Shown: positions 1 to 10,029 of the stretch, piece by piece
Layout: every line of letters begins with the position of its first letter
Numbering within the stretch: position 1 is the first letter of the stretch
From: Patescibacteria group bacterium
GTDB taxonomy: Bacteria > Patescibacteriota > Minisyncoccia > GWC2-36-17 > WO2-46-25
Length of the DNA: 64,000 nt
Direction: 5' to 3'
Assembly: GCA_038062295.1 (NCBI GenBank)
Contig: JBBTXL010000008.1
Span: 1,430 to 65,429 of the forward strand
The notes under the pieces: model-generated
The model's input: the letters and a program-made list of their open reading frames with translations, nothing else
The model's database searches: none
Told to the model about the DNA's origin: nothing
Program-made: the position numbers and the translations under genes

Positions 1-1
1 G

Positions 2-1963
2 GTCAATACGGGCGCACTGACGATCTCGGTTGACCCGGCGTCTCCGACGGGCAATGTTGCAAAAGACTACATTGACCAGGAAATGGCGCGGTTCAAATTT
101 AAGGCATCGGGCGAAGGTGTGAAAGTATCTTCGTTGGCGGTTACCGCCACTACCGTTCCGGCGGCCTGGGGTGTGAACAACGTCAAGCTGTACTTGGATG
201 GCACACAGGTTGGCTCCACGAGCGATGTAAGCTCAGGAACGACCACGACATTCACGTTCGGTAACTCCTTCATTGTTCCTTCCGGCACGACCAAGACCTT
301 GGTTGTGAAGGGTGAAGTGAAGGCGGTCAGTGGTAGCTCGTATGCGGCAGGACACACGATCCAACTCATATTGAGTGCCGGTTCCGCGAACGCTCAGGGA
401 CAGGTTTCCTTGACGTCTATCAGCACGACTGCATCGAGCGGCAATACGCTGACGGTGCAGACAGGTACGTTGACGGCAACGCTGAACTCCGGCTTGAACA
501 ACGCAAGCTCCTCGCTCCCGACAGGTGTGCGGGGTGCAACGGCCGTGAAGATCGGTTCGTTCATTCTGACAGCCGGTTCGGGTGAGGCAGTGTCCGTAAG
601 CCAGATGGTGGTGAAGAACAGCGACGCGATTTACGCGTTGGGTGTTGACTTCCAGAACCTGAAGCTTATGAACGGCGCGAACCAAATCGGTAACCAGATC
701 GGTACGCTCTCAACGACCGCAAGCGCGACCTATACCTTTACGCCGTCCTCATCGATCACCATCAATGCAGGACAGCAGTATGTGGTGGATGTGTTTGCGG
801 ATGTCTTGACAGGCGCATCCAACTACTCGGGCGGCACAGGATACCCTTCAGCAGGTCTTTCCCAGGTTATCTGGGATGACGTGACGGCAACGGGTCTCTC
901 AACAAGCGGCTCCGCAGGGGTTACAACTGACGTTACCGGCCAAACGGTGTATGTTTCCGCGGGTGGTTCCTTGACGGTTGCAGCGGCGTCCGACATGCCG
1001 ATCGCGCAGAACCGCGCGATGGGTGAAACGGGCCAGACACTCGCAACATTCAAGTTCACCACGGGAGCTCCCGAAGCGGTGAACATCACGAAGATCATTG
1101 TGAGCGACACTATGGCGAGTACCGCATCTGCGGCGACCGGTTCCATCACGAACCTCTCGCTGTGGAAAGATGGCATACAAGTTGGCCCGACCGTAGCGTC
1201 TATGACGGCTAGCGGCACGCAGGATGTCATTGCGACATTCAACGGCTTGACGCTGAACTTGACGAGAGACACGGCAACCATTTTGACCCTGAAAGGCAAT
1301 ATCAACGGCTATCCGAACGCAGTGTCGGGCAGTACGCATACCTTCAAGGTGTATGGTCCGGCTGATGTAACGGCAACCGGCGCAACCGGCGGTAGCTCCA
1401 TTACCCCGACCATCGCGTCGGTGGCAGGGAATGCCCAGCGCGTCTTCCGCGCAGAGCTGACGGTGACCAACGCCATGTCCAACATGTCGGGTGGCCAGGG
1501 AACCGACCAGGTGATCGGCAAGTACCGCTTGACCAACACCTCGGCGGGGAACTACTCCATTACAGTGACCGACATTGACCTTGGTTTGACCACATCGATT
1601 GCTAACACCGAATCCGCCACAGCATCTCGGTATGTGACACTAAAGCGTGATTCCGCAAGCGGTACGACCATTGCAAAGAAAGCGTACAAAAATGCGAATT
1701 ACGGTGATATCACCAGCTGGACACCTGTTGGAACATACGACTTCACTGAACTTGCATTTGGTGCAACCACCATTGATGCTGCAGGTGGCACGGGATACGT
1801 AGATATCTATGTGCTTGCCGATACCAATGATGCGGATGCAACAGAGAGCATCTCTACGGCCATCGGTTCTGGCAGCAATGTTATCACATGGGCTGACGGC
1901 ATAACGGGCGGCATTACCACCGTTGACGGTATGCCGGTACCGGGCGCGAACATCACCTACTAA
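2..1963 (+). CDS. Thr/Ser/Gly-rich repetitive secreted surface protein, 5-prime partial (frame open to window edge); C-terminal ~480 aa paralogous to C-terminus of 18566..21523
   Basis: ORF track 83..1963; same frame has no stop codon back to nt 2; internal ~100-aa repeats (e.g. ...ITNLSLWKDGIQVGPT / ...VKLYLDGTQVGST); both paralogs end ...PGA(N/T)ITY; terminator hairpin follows. Confidence 0.8.
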   Translation, partial: VNTGALTISVDPASPTGNVAKDYIDQEMARFKFKASGEGVKVSSLAVTATTVPAAWGVNNVKLYLDGTQVGSTSDVSSGTTTTFTFGNSFIVPSGTTKTLVVKGEVKAVSGSSYAAGHTIQLILSAGSANAQGQVSLTSISTTASSGNTLTVQTGTLTATLNSGLNNASSSLPTGVRGATAVKIGSFILTAGSGEAVSVSQMVVKNSDAIYALGVDFQNLKLMNGANQIGNQIGTLSTTASATYTFTPSSSITINAGQQYVVDVFADVLTGASNYSGGTGYPSAGLSQVIWDDVTATGLSTSGSAGVTTDVTGQTVYVSAGGSLTVAAASDMPIAQNRAMGETGQTLATFKFTTGAPEAVNITKIIVSDTMASTASAATGSITNLSLWKDGIQVGPTVASMTASGTQDVIATFNGLTLNLTRDTATILTLKGNINGYPNAVSGSTHTFKVYGPADVTATGATGGSSITPTIASVAGNAQRVFRAELTVTNAMSNMSGGQGTDQVIGKYRLTNTSAGNYSITVTDIDLGLTTSIANTESATASRYVTLKRDSASGTTIAKKAYKNANYGDITSWTPVGTYDFTELAFGATTIDAAGGTGYVDIYVLADTNDADATESISTAIGSGSNVITWADGITGGITTVDGMPVPGANITY

Positions 1964-2006
1964 GGACTCAACCAGTTTGCTGCTTGTGACAGCGTAACTG
2001 AAGAAC

Positions 2007-2050
2007 CAAAAGCCCCAATGCTTTTAAGCAACGGGGCTTTTGGTTTTGTT
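2007..2050 (+). terminator. rho-independent terminator after surface-protein gene
   Basis: aaaaGCCCCaatgcttttaagcaacGGGGCttttggttttgttt: GC stem plus T-run. Confidence 0.5.
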
Positions 2051-2092
2051 TGTCTCGGAAAGTGGGACAAGCCATCAAGCCCGTAACGAATT

Positions 2093-4519
2093 ATGCATTT
2101 CTCGGACGATCGGATTAAAAATGCAAATAAAGTATCACGGCAACAGGATACGGGCAATTGTTTTTGGCGTTTGGTATGGTATAGTAGCGCAGTGATGATG
2201 CGTGAACATACTTTGGTAGGAATTATCAAATATGGCGTATACGCCGCTTTGTTTTTGCCGCTTGCGGTGCTCCCGTTATTTTTCTTCCCGTTTGCTACCA
2301 CGCGAGCGTTCGGGTTCCAGATTATCGTAGAGGTAGTGTTTGCGCTTTACATACTGCTTGCGGTGCGCAACTCCGTGTATCGCCCGAAAAAGACGCTCGT
2401 GTGGTATGCGCTCGAGGTTTATTTTTTCGTACTTACTGTTTCCACCCTGTTGAGTGTTGACATCTATCATAGTTTTTTCGGGAACTTTGAACGGATGTGG
2501 GGGCTGTTTTCACTACTGCATTTCCTACTATTTTTTGTGGTGCTGGTTGGCATATTCCGCACACGCGAAGAATGGGCGACATTACTGAAAGTCGCGCTCG
2601 CTGGGGGAGCGTTTGCGGTTGCGATCGGGCTGTTCCAGTTTTTTATGGCTCTCTTTTTTGCGGAGGGTGAGATCGCGCGCATTGCGGGGCCGATCGGCAA
2701 CCCCGCATTTTTCGCGGCGTATCTGTTGTTCCCGATGCTGTTTTCACTACTGTTCGTTCCAAGATGGATTTTACGAGGGACTACCGTTGCCGCGGCGGCG
2801 CTTTCGTTCCTTGCGCTGTGCACTGTTTTGTTGACGGCAACGCGCGGGGCGCTCCTCGCCATCGCGAGTGCCGTACTTGCGGGCACCACTCTTGCGCTCG
2901 TGCTGGTGCGCAACAACATCGCGCGCATCGGCGCGGGCATAGTATTGGTTGCGGCCGTTGCCGGCGCCGGCTCGCTGTTTGCATTCGGCTCGCTGTTTGA
3001 AAAGCCGGAGCGCCAGCCGCTCGAAGCGTATTTCCATGTTCCCGATGCAAGCGCCGCGGCACCAGCCGCACGCACGGGATTTCTCCAGCGCCTTGCGGAC
3101 TTTTCGCTTTATGACGCAACGACCCAGACACGTCTCATCACCTGGCGGTCGTCCCTGGATGCGTGGAAAGAATATCCGTTGTTCGGCGCGGGGCCGGAAA
3201 ATTTTATTCTTTCGTTCAACCGGAATTTTGACCCGGCGTTTTATTCCTCCGAACAGTATGAAATATGGTTTGACCGCTCGCACAACCAGTATATAGACAC
3301 GCTAGTTATGACGGGTGCGATCGGGCTCGCGGCGTACTTGTTTCTATTTATCGCGTGTGCACGGGCGGTGTTTTCGCTGTATCGCCAGCGGGCATTGGAT
3401 ATCCGGCATGTGTTCGTGTTTACGCTCTTTTTTGTGGCGTATGCCGCGCAGGATTTTTTCCTATTTGACTCGTTCGCACCGTTTCTGATGTTTTTGGTTG
3501 CTCTCGCATACCTGAATAGTTTTGTTCCCGAAGTGAAGGAAGGCGTTGCGGCGCCCGCGTTTACCCCGTCAAAAATACCAGGCATCGCCTTGCAGTCTGT
3601 TGCCGTAGCACTCGTGCCGGTGTTGTTCCTGTCATATTTCTTTACGTACCGGCCCGCAATGGCGGCGTACGGGCTTTCACAAGCCGAAAGCGGGAAATAC
3701 TCGCTTGATGCGGCGCTCGGCTTATATGATCGGGCGCTTTCCTGGAAAACATACGGGGATTTTGAAGTGAGGAGCCGTCTTGCGCTTGCCGTTGCGCGCG
3801 AAGTACAGGGGAAAAGGGAAGAAGAACTGTCTCCCGAGCGCGCCACGGCGTATCTGGATGCCGGTATTGCCGCGCTCAAGGAAAATATCGACCGCTCGCC
3901 CAAGGAGTATCTTCTGTATCGGTTACAGCTTTCGGATCTGTATAATCTTAAACTTTCGCGCACCGGCTTGGCGTCTCCTGAAATAGAGGATATTGTCCGG
4001 GAGTCTATCGCGCTTGCTCCCGGGCGCATGGAATTTGAATTCGCGCTCGCGCAGACGGAATTCTTGAAAGGAAACTTTACGGAAGCCATTGCTTTACTGG
4101 AACAAGCGTCGGTAAAAAATCCCGAACACCCCATCCCGTACTGGAAGATAGCGCAGAATTACTACTTCGCGTCTCAAGCCGAAAGCGACCCGGAAAAAAA
4201 AGCGGCAGTACGTGCGCAAGGAGTCCCATATTTTGAGAAAGCGTTGTGGCTCGGATATGATGTGCGGAATTACCAGGAGGTGCTGTGGGCGATGGAGTAT
4301 TACAACGACCGTAAAGACTACGAAAAGATCATGTATCTCAACAAGCTAGTATTGTCGCGCAATCCGCCGGACGCGTATTCCTACCATATGAACCTGGCTA
4401 TTGCGTACAAAGAACTTGGTATGAATACGCAGGCACGCGAGCATGCGCACGCAGTGGGGGAGTTGGAACCGTCCCTCCGGGAAGCTGTGGATAATTTTCT
4501 AAAAGAATTATCGCTATGA
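2093..4519 (+). CDS. O-antigen ligase-like (Wzy_C family) polytopic membrane protein with C-terminal TPR-like repeats, paralog 1 of 3 (true start may be the MMREHTLVG Met near 2195)
   Basis: many TM helices; motif RLITWRSSLDAWKEYPLFGAGPENF ... FDRSHNQYIDTL typical of the Wzy_C/O-antigen ligase loop; C-terminal soluble helical repeat region. Confidence 0.75.
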   Translation: MHFSDDRIKNANKVSRQQDTGNCFWRLVWYSSAVMMREHTLVGIIKYGVYAALFLPLAVLPLFFFPFATTRAFGFQIIVEVVFALYILLAVRNSVYRPKKTLVWYALEVYFFVLTVSTLLSVDIYHSFFGNFERMWGLFSLLHFLLFFVVLVGIFRTREEWATLLKVALAGGAFAVAIGLFQFFMALFFAEGEIARIAGPIGNPAFFAAYLLFPMLFSLLFVPRWILRGTTVAAAALSFLALCTVLLTATRGALLAIASAVLAGTTLALVLVRNNIARIGAGIVLVAAVAGAGSLFAFGSLFEKPERQPLEAYFHVPDASAAAPAARTGFLQRLADFSLYDATTQTRLITWRSSLDAWKEYPLFGAGPENFILSFNRNFDPAFYSSEQYEIWFDRSHNQYIDTLVMTGAIGLAAYLFLFIACARAVFSLYRQRALDIRHVFVFTLFFVAYAAQDFFLFDSFAPFLMFLVALAYLNSFVPEVKEGVAAPAFTPSKIPGIALQSVAVALVPVLFLSYFFTYRPAMAAYGLSQAESGKYSLDAALGLYDRALSWKTYGDFEVRSRLALAVAREVQGKREEELSPERATAYLDAGIAALKENIDRSPKEYLLYRLQLSDLYNLKLSRTGLASPEIEDIVRESIALAPGRMEFEFALAQTEFLKGNFTEAIALLEQASVKNPEHPIPYWKIAQNYYFASQAESDPEKKAAVRAQGVPYFEKALWLGYDVRNYQEVLWAMEYYNDRKDYEKIMYLNKLVLSRNPPDAYSYHMNLAIAYKELGMNTQAREHAHAVGELEPSLREAVDNFLKELSL

Positions 4520-6573
4520 TGCAGGGCGATATTATTCGGTCGTCCATGTTCTACCTTACGTGCGCGGCACTCATCACGCCGCTCGTATTTTCGGTATACT
4601 TCTACCCGACGCACGTCGCGCTCCAGACATTTCTCTTTCGCGGCATCGTGGACGTGATGCTCGCGCTGTGGCTTATCGGCATGGCGCGCGACCGGAGTTT
4701 TGTGCCGACGTTTTCATTGCCGGCGCTTGGCGTTGCTGTGTTCGTGTGTGCCGAATACGCGGCTGCCGCATTCGGGACGGGGTTTTCGCGTAGTTTTTTT
4801 TCTGACTACGAACGACACTGGGGACTGCTAACCATTTCGCATTTTGCCATATTCTTTTTCATTCTGGCGTCGGTATTTCGCGACGGGGTGACATGGCGGC
4901 GACTGTTTGCCGTGTCTGTTGGTGCTGGCGTTCTATGCGCTGCGTACGGTTTGTATCAGTTTTTTTTCACTCCCGATATCGGGCGCATTTATGGTACTAT
5001 CGGGAATCCGGCTTTTTTCTCTTCGTATTTGGTACTCAACGGGCTCGTCGCCATTTTTCTGTGTGTGACGGCGGCAAGCAGGAATGAAAAATTTTTGTGG
5101 GGCGCGGCCGCGATTTTTATCGTGGGTATCGCAATGCTTTCAGGGACTCGCGCGGCCTTCCTTGCCGTGTTGGTTGCGGCGGTGTTCGTGTGGGCGGGGT
5201 TTCTGTGGGGTAGTGCCGCATCACGCCGTGCGAAGCTTGTGACCGCCGGTGCGGGCGTGCTTGCGGCGGCTGCGGTCGGCGCGTTGTTCCTGTTCAATAA
5301 TGCGCCCTGGATAACAGGCAACGAGACGCTCGCGCGTCTCACCCATATTTCTGCGGCACAGGTGACGGGACAGACGCGTTTCTATGCGTGGCGCGCGACA
5401 TGGGATGGTTTCAAAGAACATCCGGTGCTTGGCGTCGGGCCCGAATATTTTGATACGGTGTTCAACAAACATTTCTCATCGGATTTTTACGCACTGGAAC
5501 GGTCGGAAACAGAATTTGACCGTGCGCACAATGTGTTCCTGGAGCAGTTGGCAACCGCAGGAGTGGTCGGCGCGGCTGCCTATGCATTCCTATTTCTGGC
5601 ATTTCTCGCGGCGTTGGTACATGCGGTTCGGCAGGGAACCGCGTCGCGTTTCGGCATGGCGGGGCTTTTGGCGGTTGCTGTTGCGTATTTAGTGCAGGGA
5701 ATGTTCAGCTTTGATTCATTTACAAACTTTCTGCCGCTGTTTTTGGTGTTTGCATATGCGGCCATACTGACACAACGTCCGGCGGGTGAGCGTGAAGCGG
5801 GCGCTCCGTCCGGCGGTGCGGTTATCGGGGCGGTATGCGTTGCCGCGGCGCTTTTGGTTTGGTACGGGAGCGTTCAGCCGGCGCGCGCCGACCGCGCATT
5901 ATCGGATCTCAACGCGGTGCGGGATACCCAAATGGAACTTGATGAAACAACGGCGGTGTCCGCGGCGATGGCCGCCCACAGCGCCGCTCTGGCGCATGAC
6001 AGACAGAGCGCTTCGGTGGCGACACCGCTGTTGGAACGGATCACGCGCGAGGCGTATCTGTACTTTGGCAGGAGCGCGCCGGACGACTTTGAGACAAATC
6101 TTCTGCCGTACGCGCTCCGTCAGGCCGCGGAGAATGTCCGCGCGCATCCGGAAGATTATTTCGCTTCCTACGATCTGGCGCTTGCGCATAACATCGCGTA
6201 TTTGGTCGCCGGCACAAACGATGCCGCTCTCGCCGCGACCGTTGCCCGCGCCGAAACGCTTGCTCCCGGCCGCGTGGAGCTGCAGTTTGCGTCCGCGCAG
6301 CGCTCGCTGCTGCAGTTGCGTTTTGACGACGCTATCGCACACGCGCAGAAGGGTATTGTCACCACTGCATGGTTCCCCGATTTTTACCATATCCTATTTT
6401 TAGCGTATAATTTCAAAGGGGATACGGACCGGGCGTTTGCCGCGGCGGAGAATGGCCTGGCGCATGGTATGCACCTTGCCGACCCGCGCGAGCTACTGTG
6501 GATGGCCGACCAATACCAGCGCCGCGGCATACTCGACAAAGCGGAAGCGTTTCGCATACAAGCAGGACAGTAA
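4516..6573 (+). CDS. O-antigen ligase-like (Wzy_C) membrane protein with C-terminal TPR-like domain, paralog 2
   Basis: ATGA overlap with upstream gene; motifs RFYAWRATWDGFKEHPVLGVGPEYF and FDRAHNVFLEQLATAG; polytopic N-terminal half. Confidence 0.75.
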   Translation: MMQGDIIRSSMFYLTCAALITPLVFSVYFYPTHVALQTFLFRGIVDVMLALWLIGMARDRSFVPTFSLPALGVAVFVCAEYAAAAFGTGFSRSFFSDYERHWGLLTISHFAIFFFILASVFRDGVTWRRLFAVSVGAGVLCAAYGLYQFFFTPDIGRIYGTIGNPAFFSSYLVLNGLVAIFLCVTAASRNEKFLWGAAAIFIVGIAMLSGTRAAFLAVLVAAVFVWAGFLWGSAASRRAKLVTAGAGVLAAAAVGALFLFNNAPWITGNETLARLTHISAAQVTGQTRFYAWRATWDGFKEHPVLGVGPEYFDTVFNKHFSSDFYALERSETEFDRAHNVFLEQLATAGVVGAAAYAFLFLAFLAALVHAVRQGTASRFGMAGLLAVAVAYLVQGMFSFDSFTNFLPLFLVFAYAAILTQRPAGEREAGAPSGGAVIGAVCVAAALLVWYGSVQPARADRALSDLNAVRDTQMELDETTAVSAAMAAHSAALAHDRQSASVATPLLERITREAYLYFGRSAPDDFETNLLPYALRQAAENVRAHPEDYFASYDLALAHNIAYLVAGTNDAALAATVARAETLAPGRVELQFASAQRSLLQLRFDDAIAHAQKGIVTTAWFPDFYHILFLAYNFKGDTDRAFAAAENGLAHGMHLADPRELLWMADQYQRRGILDKAEAFRIQAGQ

Positions 6574-6588
6574 TATCGTGAATATACC

Positions 6589-8739
6589 ATGACCAAGGAC
6601 AACGCACTTTCTTTCTATCTTCGGGCGACAAAATTTTTCATTGGGCTTTCGCTGTTTTCTCCGCTCGTATTGTCGGCCCTTTTTTATTTTCCCTACATCG
6701 TTCCCAAAACCATATTTTTTCAGGTTGCCGTCGAGCTGGCGCTGTTGTTGTGGGCGCTCCTGTGCGTGCTGGATGAAAAGTACCGTCCGAAATTCGACCG
6801 CATTGCCGTTGCCGTGAGCGCGTTCTTTGCCATATACGTCATTGCCGCGCTTTTGGGCGCAAACCCGCTACGGAGTTTTTTGGGAACGTACGAGCGGATG
6901 CTGTCGGTGGTGAATCTCGCGCATTTTATCGCACTGTTCTTCATTGCCCGCGCTGTCTTTGGTACGCCGCGGGAGTGGCTCATACTCCTCCGAACGTTTG
7001 TTGCGGTGAGTGTTGTGGTCAGTGTGTACGCGGTGGCACAGAAACTGGGGTGGGGGTCCTTGGTGTACCATGCGGGTATTGACCGGTTAGATTCCACCAT
7101 CGGGAACGCCGCATTCGTGGGGGGGTATCTTATCTTTGCTATTTTTTTTGCAGTGTTCCTCTTGGTGCGGGATGCGCACACGGCGATGCGCACGCTGTAC
7201 GCCGGTTGCATCGTTTTGAACCTCGCCATTCTGTATTTCACCGGTACGCGCGGCGCGGTGCTGGGTATGGCATGCGCGGTCGTGGTTTTGGTTGTGGGAT
7301 ACCTGTTCCGTCCCCGGACCGTCCCCGGTCTTTCCGCGCGGATGCTGGGGTGGGGGATGGGTGTATTATTCCTTGCAGGTGCGGTGGCGCTGGTTATCGG
7401 CGGAGGCGCGGAGAACGGTGCGCTTTCGTATCTCAAGCGATTCACCTCGGTTTCGCTTGCAGATACCACAGTGCAGACCCGTCTCCTTTCCGTGCAAACG
7501 AGCATGGCGGGATTTAAAGAGCGGCCGGTTCTCGGATGGGGGCCGGAAAACTACAATCTCGTGTTTGACAAGTATTATAACCCCAAGCTGTATCCGACGG
7601 AAAACTGGTTTGACCACGCGCATAACATCGTGTTTGACATCGTGACCACCACAGGCGTTGTCGGCGCGGCGGCATACCTATTTCTCATGTTCGTACTGCT
7701 GGCGGCCTGCATACGGCACGCGCGCGCAGGACCGGAATCGTACTGGCTCGGGGTGTTCGCGCTTGGGCTGCTGGCGGCGTACGGCGCCCAGAATTTGTTC
7801 GTGTTCGACAGTCTGGTGACCTACCTGCCGTTCTTTCTGTTTGCGGCGTTTGCCGCGAATGGTTTTCCGCTCGGACGCGATGCGCAGCTTTCCGACCGAC
7901 CGGAACGCGCAAAGCAATTTGCGAACCCCTCGGCGAAAGCCGCGCTCGCCCTGGTGCCGCTCGCCATGCTTCTTATTTATATGGTGAACGTGCGTCCCGC
8001 GGTCGCCGCGTACTACGCGGTTGTCGGGCTGACGACGAATCCCGCGCATGCCGACGACGCGATGAATTATTTTAAAAGATCCCTCGCATGGGGGAATTTC
8101 GGGGCGCACGAGATCCGCGGCAAGCTTGCGACATACGTGAGTGACCTCCTCGATAATACGCAGATGACCGATGAAGCGGCAAAAGGACGTCTTGCAACAT
8201 TTGTCGTCGCGGAAATGGAGAAAAATATCACCGAACAGCCGCTGGACTTCAGGAATTATTTATACTACGCAAGCTTTCTGAACGACTATGCCGAAGCACT
8301 CGCCTCGTACGGTGTTGCGGACCCCCTGGCGCGTGCCGACGAGGTATTGGCGGTAGCGCAGAAGTTAGGGCCGCACAAGCCCATTCTGCATCTTCAGTGG
8401 GCACAGGTGAAGGTTGCGCGGGGCGATGTTGCGGGTGCGGCACAACTCATGGAAGAAGCCGCAGTACTCCGTCCGGACATGGCGGAGTTCCCGTTGCGCG
8501 CTGGAGGTATGTTCCAGCAAGTAGGGGAGCGTGAAAAGGCTATGGCGTTTTTCAAGGATGTCAAAGAGAGGTTTGGCACGCAGTTGACAGCACAGCAGTT
8601 TGTGCAGCTTGCGGTCGGTTTGGCGAACGGCGGGGACAAAGAAGGGGCGATACAGGCCGCAAAAAAAGCGGTGGAGCTGGACCGGAATCTCTCGGCGGGT
8701 TACGAAGAGTTTGTTCGGAAAGTGAAGGAGATGCCATAG
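6589..8739 (+). CDS. O-antigen ligase-like (Wzy_C) membrane protein with C-terminal TPR-like domain, paralog 3
   Basis: motifs RLLSVQTSMAGFKERPVLGWGPENY and FDHAHNIVFDIVTTTG; same architecture as the two upstream genes. Confidence 0.8.
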   Translation: MTKDNALSFYLRATKFFIGLSLFSPLVLSALFYFPYIVPKTIFFQVAVELALLLWALLCVLDEKYRPKFDRIAVAVSAFFAIYVIAALLGANPLRSFLGTYERMLSVVNLAHFIALFFIARAVFGTPREWLILLRTFVAVSVVVSVYAVAQKLGWGSLVYHAGIDRLDSTIGNAAFVGGYLIFAIFFAVFLLVRDAHTAMRTLYAGCIVLNLAILYFTGTRGAVLGMACAVVVLVVGYLFRPRTVPGLSARMLGWGMGVLFLAGAVALVIGGGAENGALSYLKRFTSVSLADTTVQTRLLSVQTSMAGFKERPVLGWGPENYNLVFDKYYNPKLYPTENWFDHAHNIVFDIVTTTGVVGAAAYLFLMFVLLAACIRHARAGPESYWLGVFALGLLAAYGAQNLFVFDSLVTYLPFFLFAAFAANGFPLGRDAQLSDRPERAKQFANPSAKAALALVPLAMLLIYMVNVRPAVAAYYAVVGLTTNPAHADDAMNYFKRSLAWGNFGAHEIRGKLATYVSDLLDNTQMTDEAAKGRLATFVVAEMEKNITEQPLDFRNYLYYASFLNDYAEALASYGVADPLARADEVLAVAQKLGPHKPILHLQWAQVKVARGDVAGAAQLMEEAAVLRPDMAEFPLRAGGMFQQVGEREKAMAFFKDVKERFGTQLTAQQFVQLAVGLANGGDKEGAIQAAKKAVELDRNLSAGYEEFVRKVKEMP

Positions 8740-8750
8740 CCATTCATCCG

Positions 8751-8759
8751 TGGTATAAT
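8751..8759 (+). promoter_or_regulatory. candidate extended -10 promoter element (TGgTATAAT) upstream of 8771/8813 gene
   Basis: cgTGGTATAATat seen directly; no good -35. Confidence 0.3.
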
Positions 8760-8770
8760 ATATTCTCTGC

Positions 8771-9970
8771 ATGGCACTATCACCGGGAGAATCCGAGGTC
8801 ATATATAACACCATGAAACGGCGGCAAATGGTCGTGTGGTTTTTTCTGCTTGGCGTGGTCGGGCTTGGTATTGCCGTCGTCATGTATATTATATATCAGG
8901 TTATTGCGGGCGCCGGGGGAGGGACATCGCCGGGCGCCGGCACCGTTTCATCCCCACTTGCCGCGCCGTTGTCCGCTACCTCACCTCCCGCGGCTTCGCA
9001 GGCCGACGACCGGTATGTGTTGTACGGCGCGTTTTTTCCGGAAGACCAGCGGTATAAGATCTTCAAAGTATATTACCGGCAGTTCATACGGGAAGAAGTT
9101 TTTTCATTTCCATGGAAGAATGCCGCGGTCGCGCCGGGCATGGCGGCATACGGGGAACGCATTGGCATATTTCCGGCGCGGGATCGCGGATACTTTATTC
9201 GTCATGATGGCAGCAGGGAGGATATAAGCGTTTTTGTGCCGCCGGATGAACATGCCGCGCTTTCTCCCGACGGCAGCATGATGTTTTATTTCAAGTATCT
9301 CTCGTCTATCGGCAATCCGGCGCTTGCGATGCGCAGCATGGCGCAGGGAGAGGATGCGTATGTCTGGTCACCCACTGCGGCGGCATCCGCGTTGTGTGAA
9401 TTTGCGGGATGGTCTCCCGATGGCGCGAACGCATATTGCATCGCCCGCGAGGGCGGCACCGCAACCGTGCGCGCGTTTTCGGTCGCCAACCACACTGCAG
9501 CGGTTGTCGCGTCGGCGCGCGATGTCCGGGACGCTCGCTACTATCCGGCGTCCGGTTCTTTTGTCGTTGCGGCGAATGACAGGGTAAGCGTGACGGATAC
9601 GCAAACAAAGGAGGCACAAGAAGTTGTCCGCGCCCCGGAAGGGTTTTCCGTTGTGAATGCATTCCTTGCGCTCGACGGTTCGCGCGTGGTGTATACGGTC
9701 ATGTCATTGGACGGTGTTGCCGGACAGGTGAGAACGGTTTCTTCCGACGGTTTTGACGACCGTGTTCTTACCACCGGACACGGTACACGCGCCGTGTCCG
9801 TGTCTGGAGACGGAAGCATGGTGTTGTTCGAAGAAGATGACCGTACGAATGTGGCGCTGAAACATTATTTCATATCGGATGTTGAAAAGTTCTCGCCCCG
9901 CGAGCTGTACGCCGTTGACGCAACCGCACAGGATGCGCGATTTTTAGGGTGGTTTTCCACCCCGAAATAG
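8771..9970 (+). CDS. membrane-anchored protein with PD40/TolB-like beta-propeller repeats (likely start at Met 8813, MKRRQMVVWFFLLGVVGL)
   Basis: N-terminal TM helix; repeated SPDGS / WSPDGA / LDGSRVVY / SGDGSMVLF motifs typical of PD40 repeats. Confidence 0.6.
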   Translation: MALSPGESEVIYNTMKRRQMVVWFFLLGVVGLGIAVVMYIIYQVIAGAGGGTSPGAGTVSSPLAAPLSATSPPAASQADDRYVLYGAFFPEDQRYKIFKVYYRQFIREEVFSFPWKNAAVAPGMAAYGERIGIFPARDRGYFIRHDGSREDISVFVPPDEHAALSPDGSMMFYFKYLSSIGNPALAMRSMAQGEDAYVWSPTAAASALCEFAGWSPDGANAYCIAREGGTATVRAFSVANHTAAVVASARDVRDARYYPASGSFVVAANDRVSVTDTQTKEAQEVVRAPEGFSVVNAFLALDGSRVVYTVMSLDGVAGQVRTVSSDGFDDRVLTTGHGTRAVSVSGDGSMVLFEEDDRTNVALKHYFISDVEKFSPRELYAVDATAQDARFLGWFSTPK

Positions 9971-10029
9971 TATCCAAGGTGCACACAGGTTGCGGCTTCA
10001 GAATGTTTCACGTATAGTGTGCATACATT

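Noticed and set aside
233-4134. Numerous antisense or out-of-frame ORFs inside high-GC genes (for example 233..685 -, 2467..3075 -, 3241..4134 -, 28636..29565 -, 56861..57883 -)
   Set aside because: These are typical spurious long ORFs in GC-rich DNA. They lie fully within well-supported genes (surface protein, Wzy_C, P-type ATPase, GroEL) and have Arg/Ala/Pro-rich low-complexity translations.
9971-10029. Candidate promoter TTGCGG-N17-TATAGT upstream of dnaG
   Set aside because: The -35 match is weak and the spacing was counted only by hand. It is too uncertain to list as a feature.
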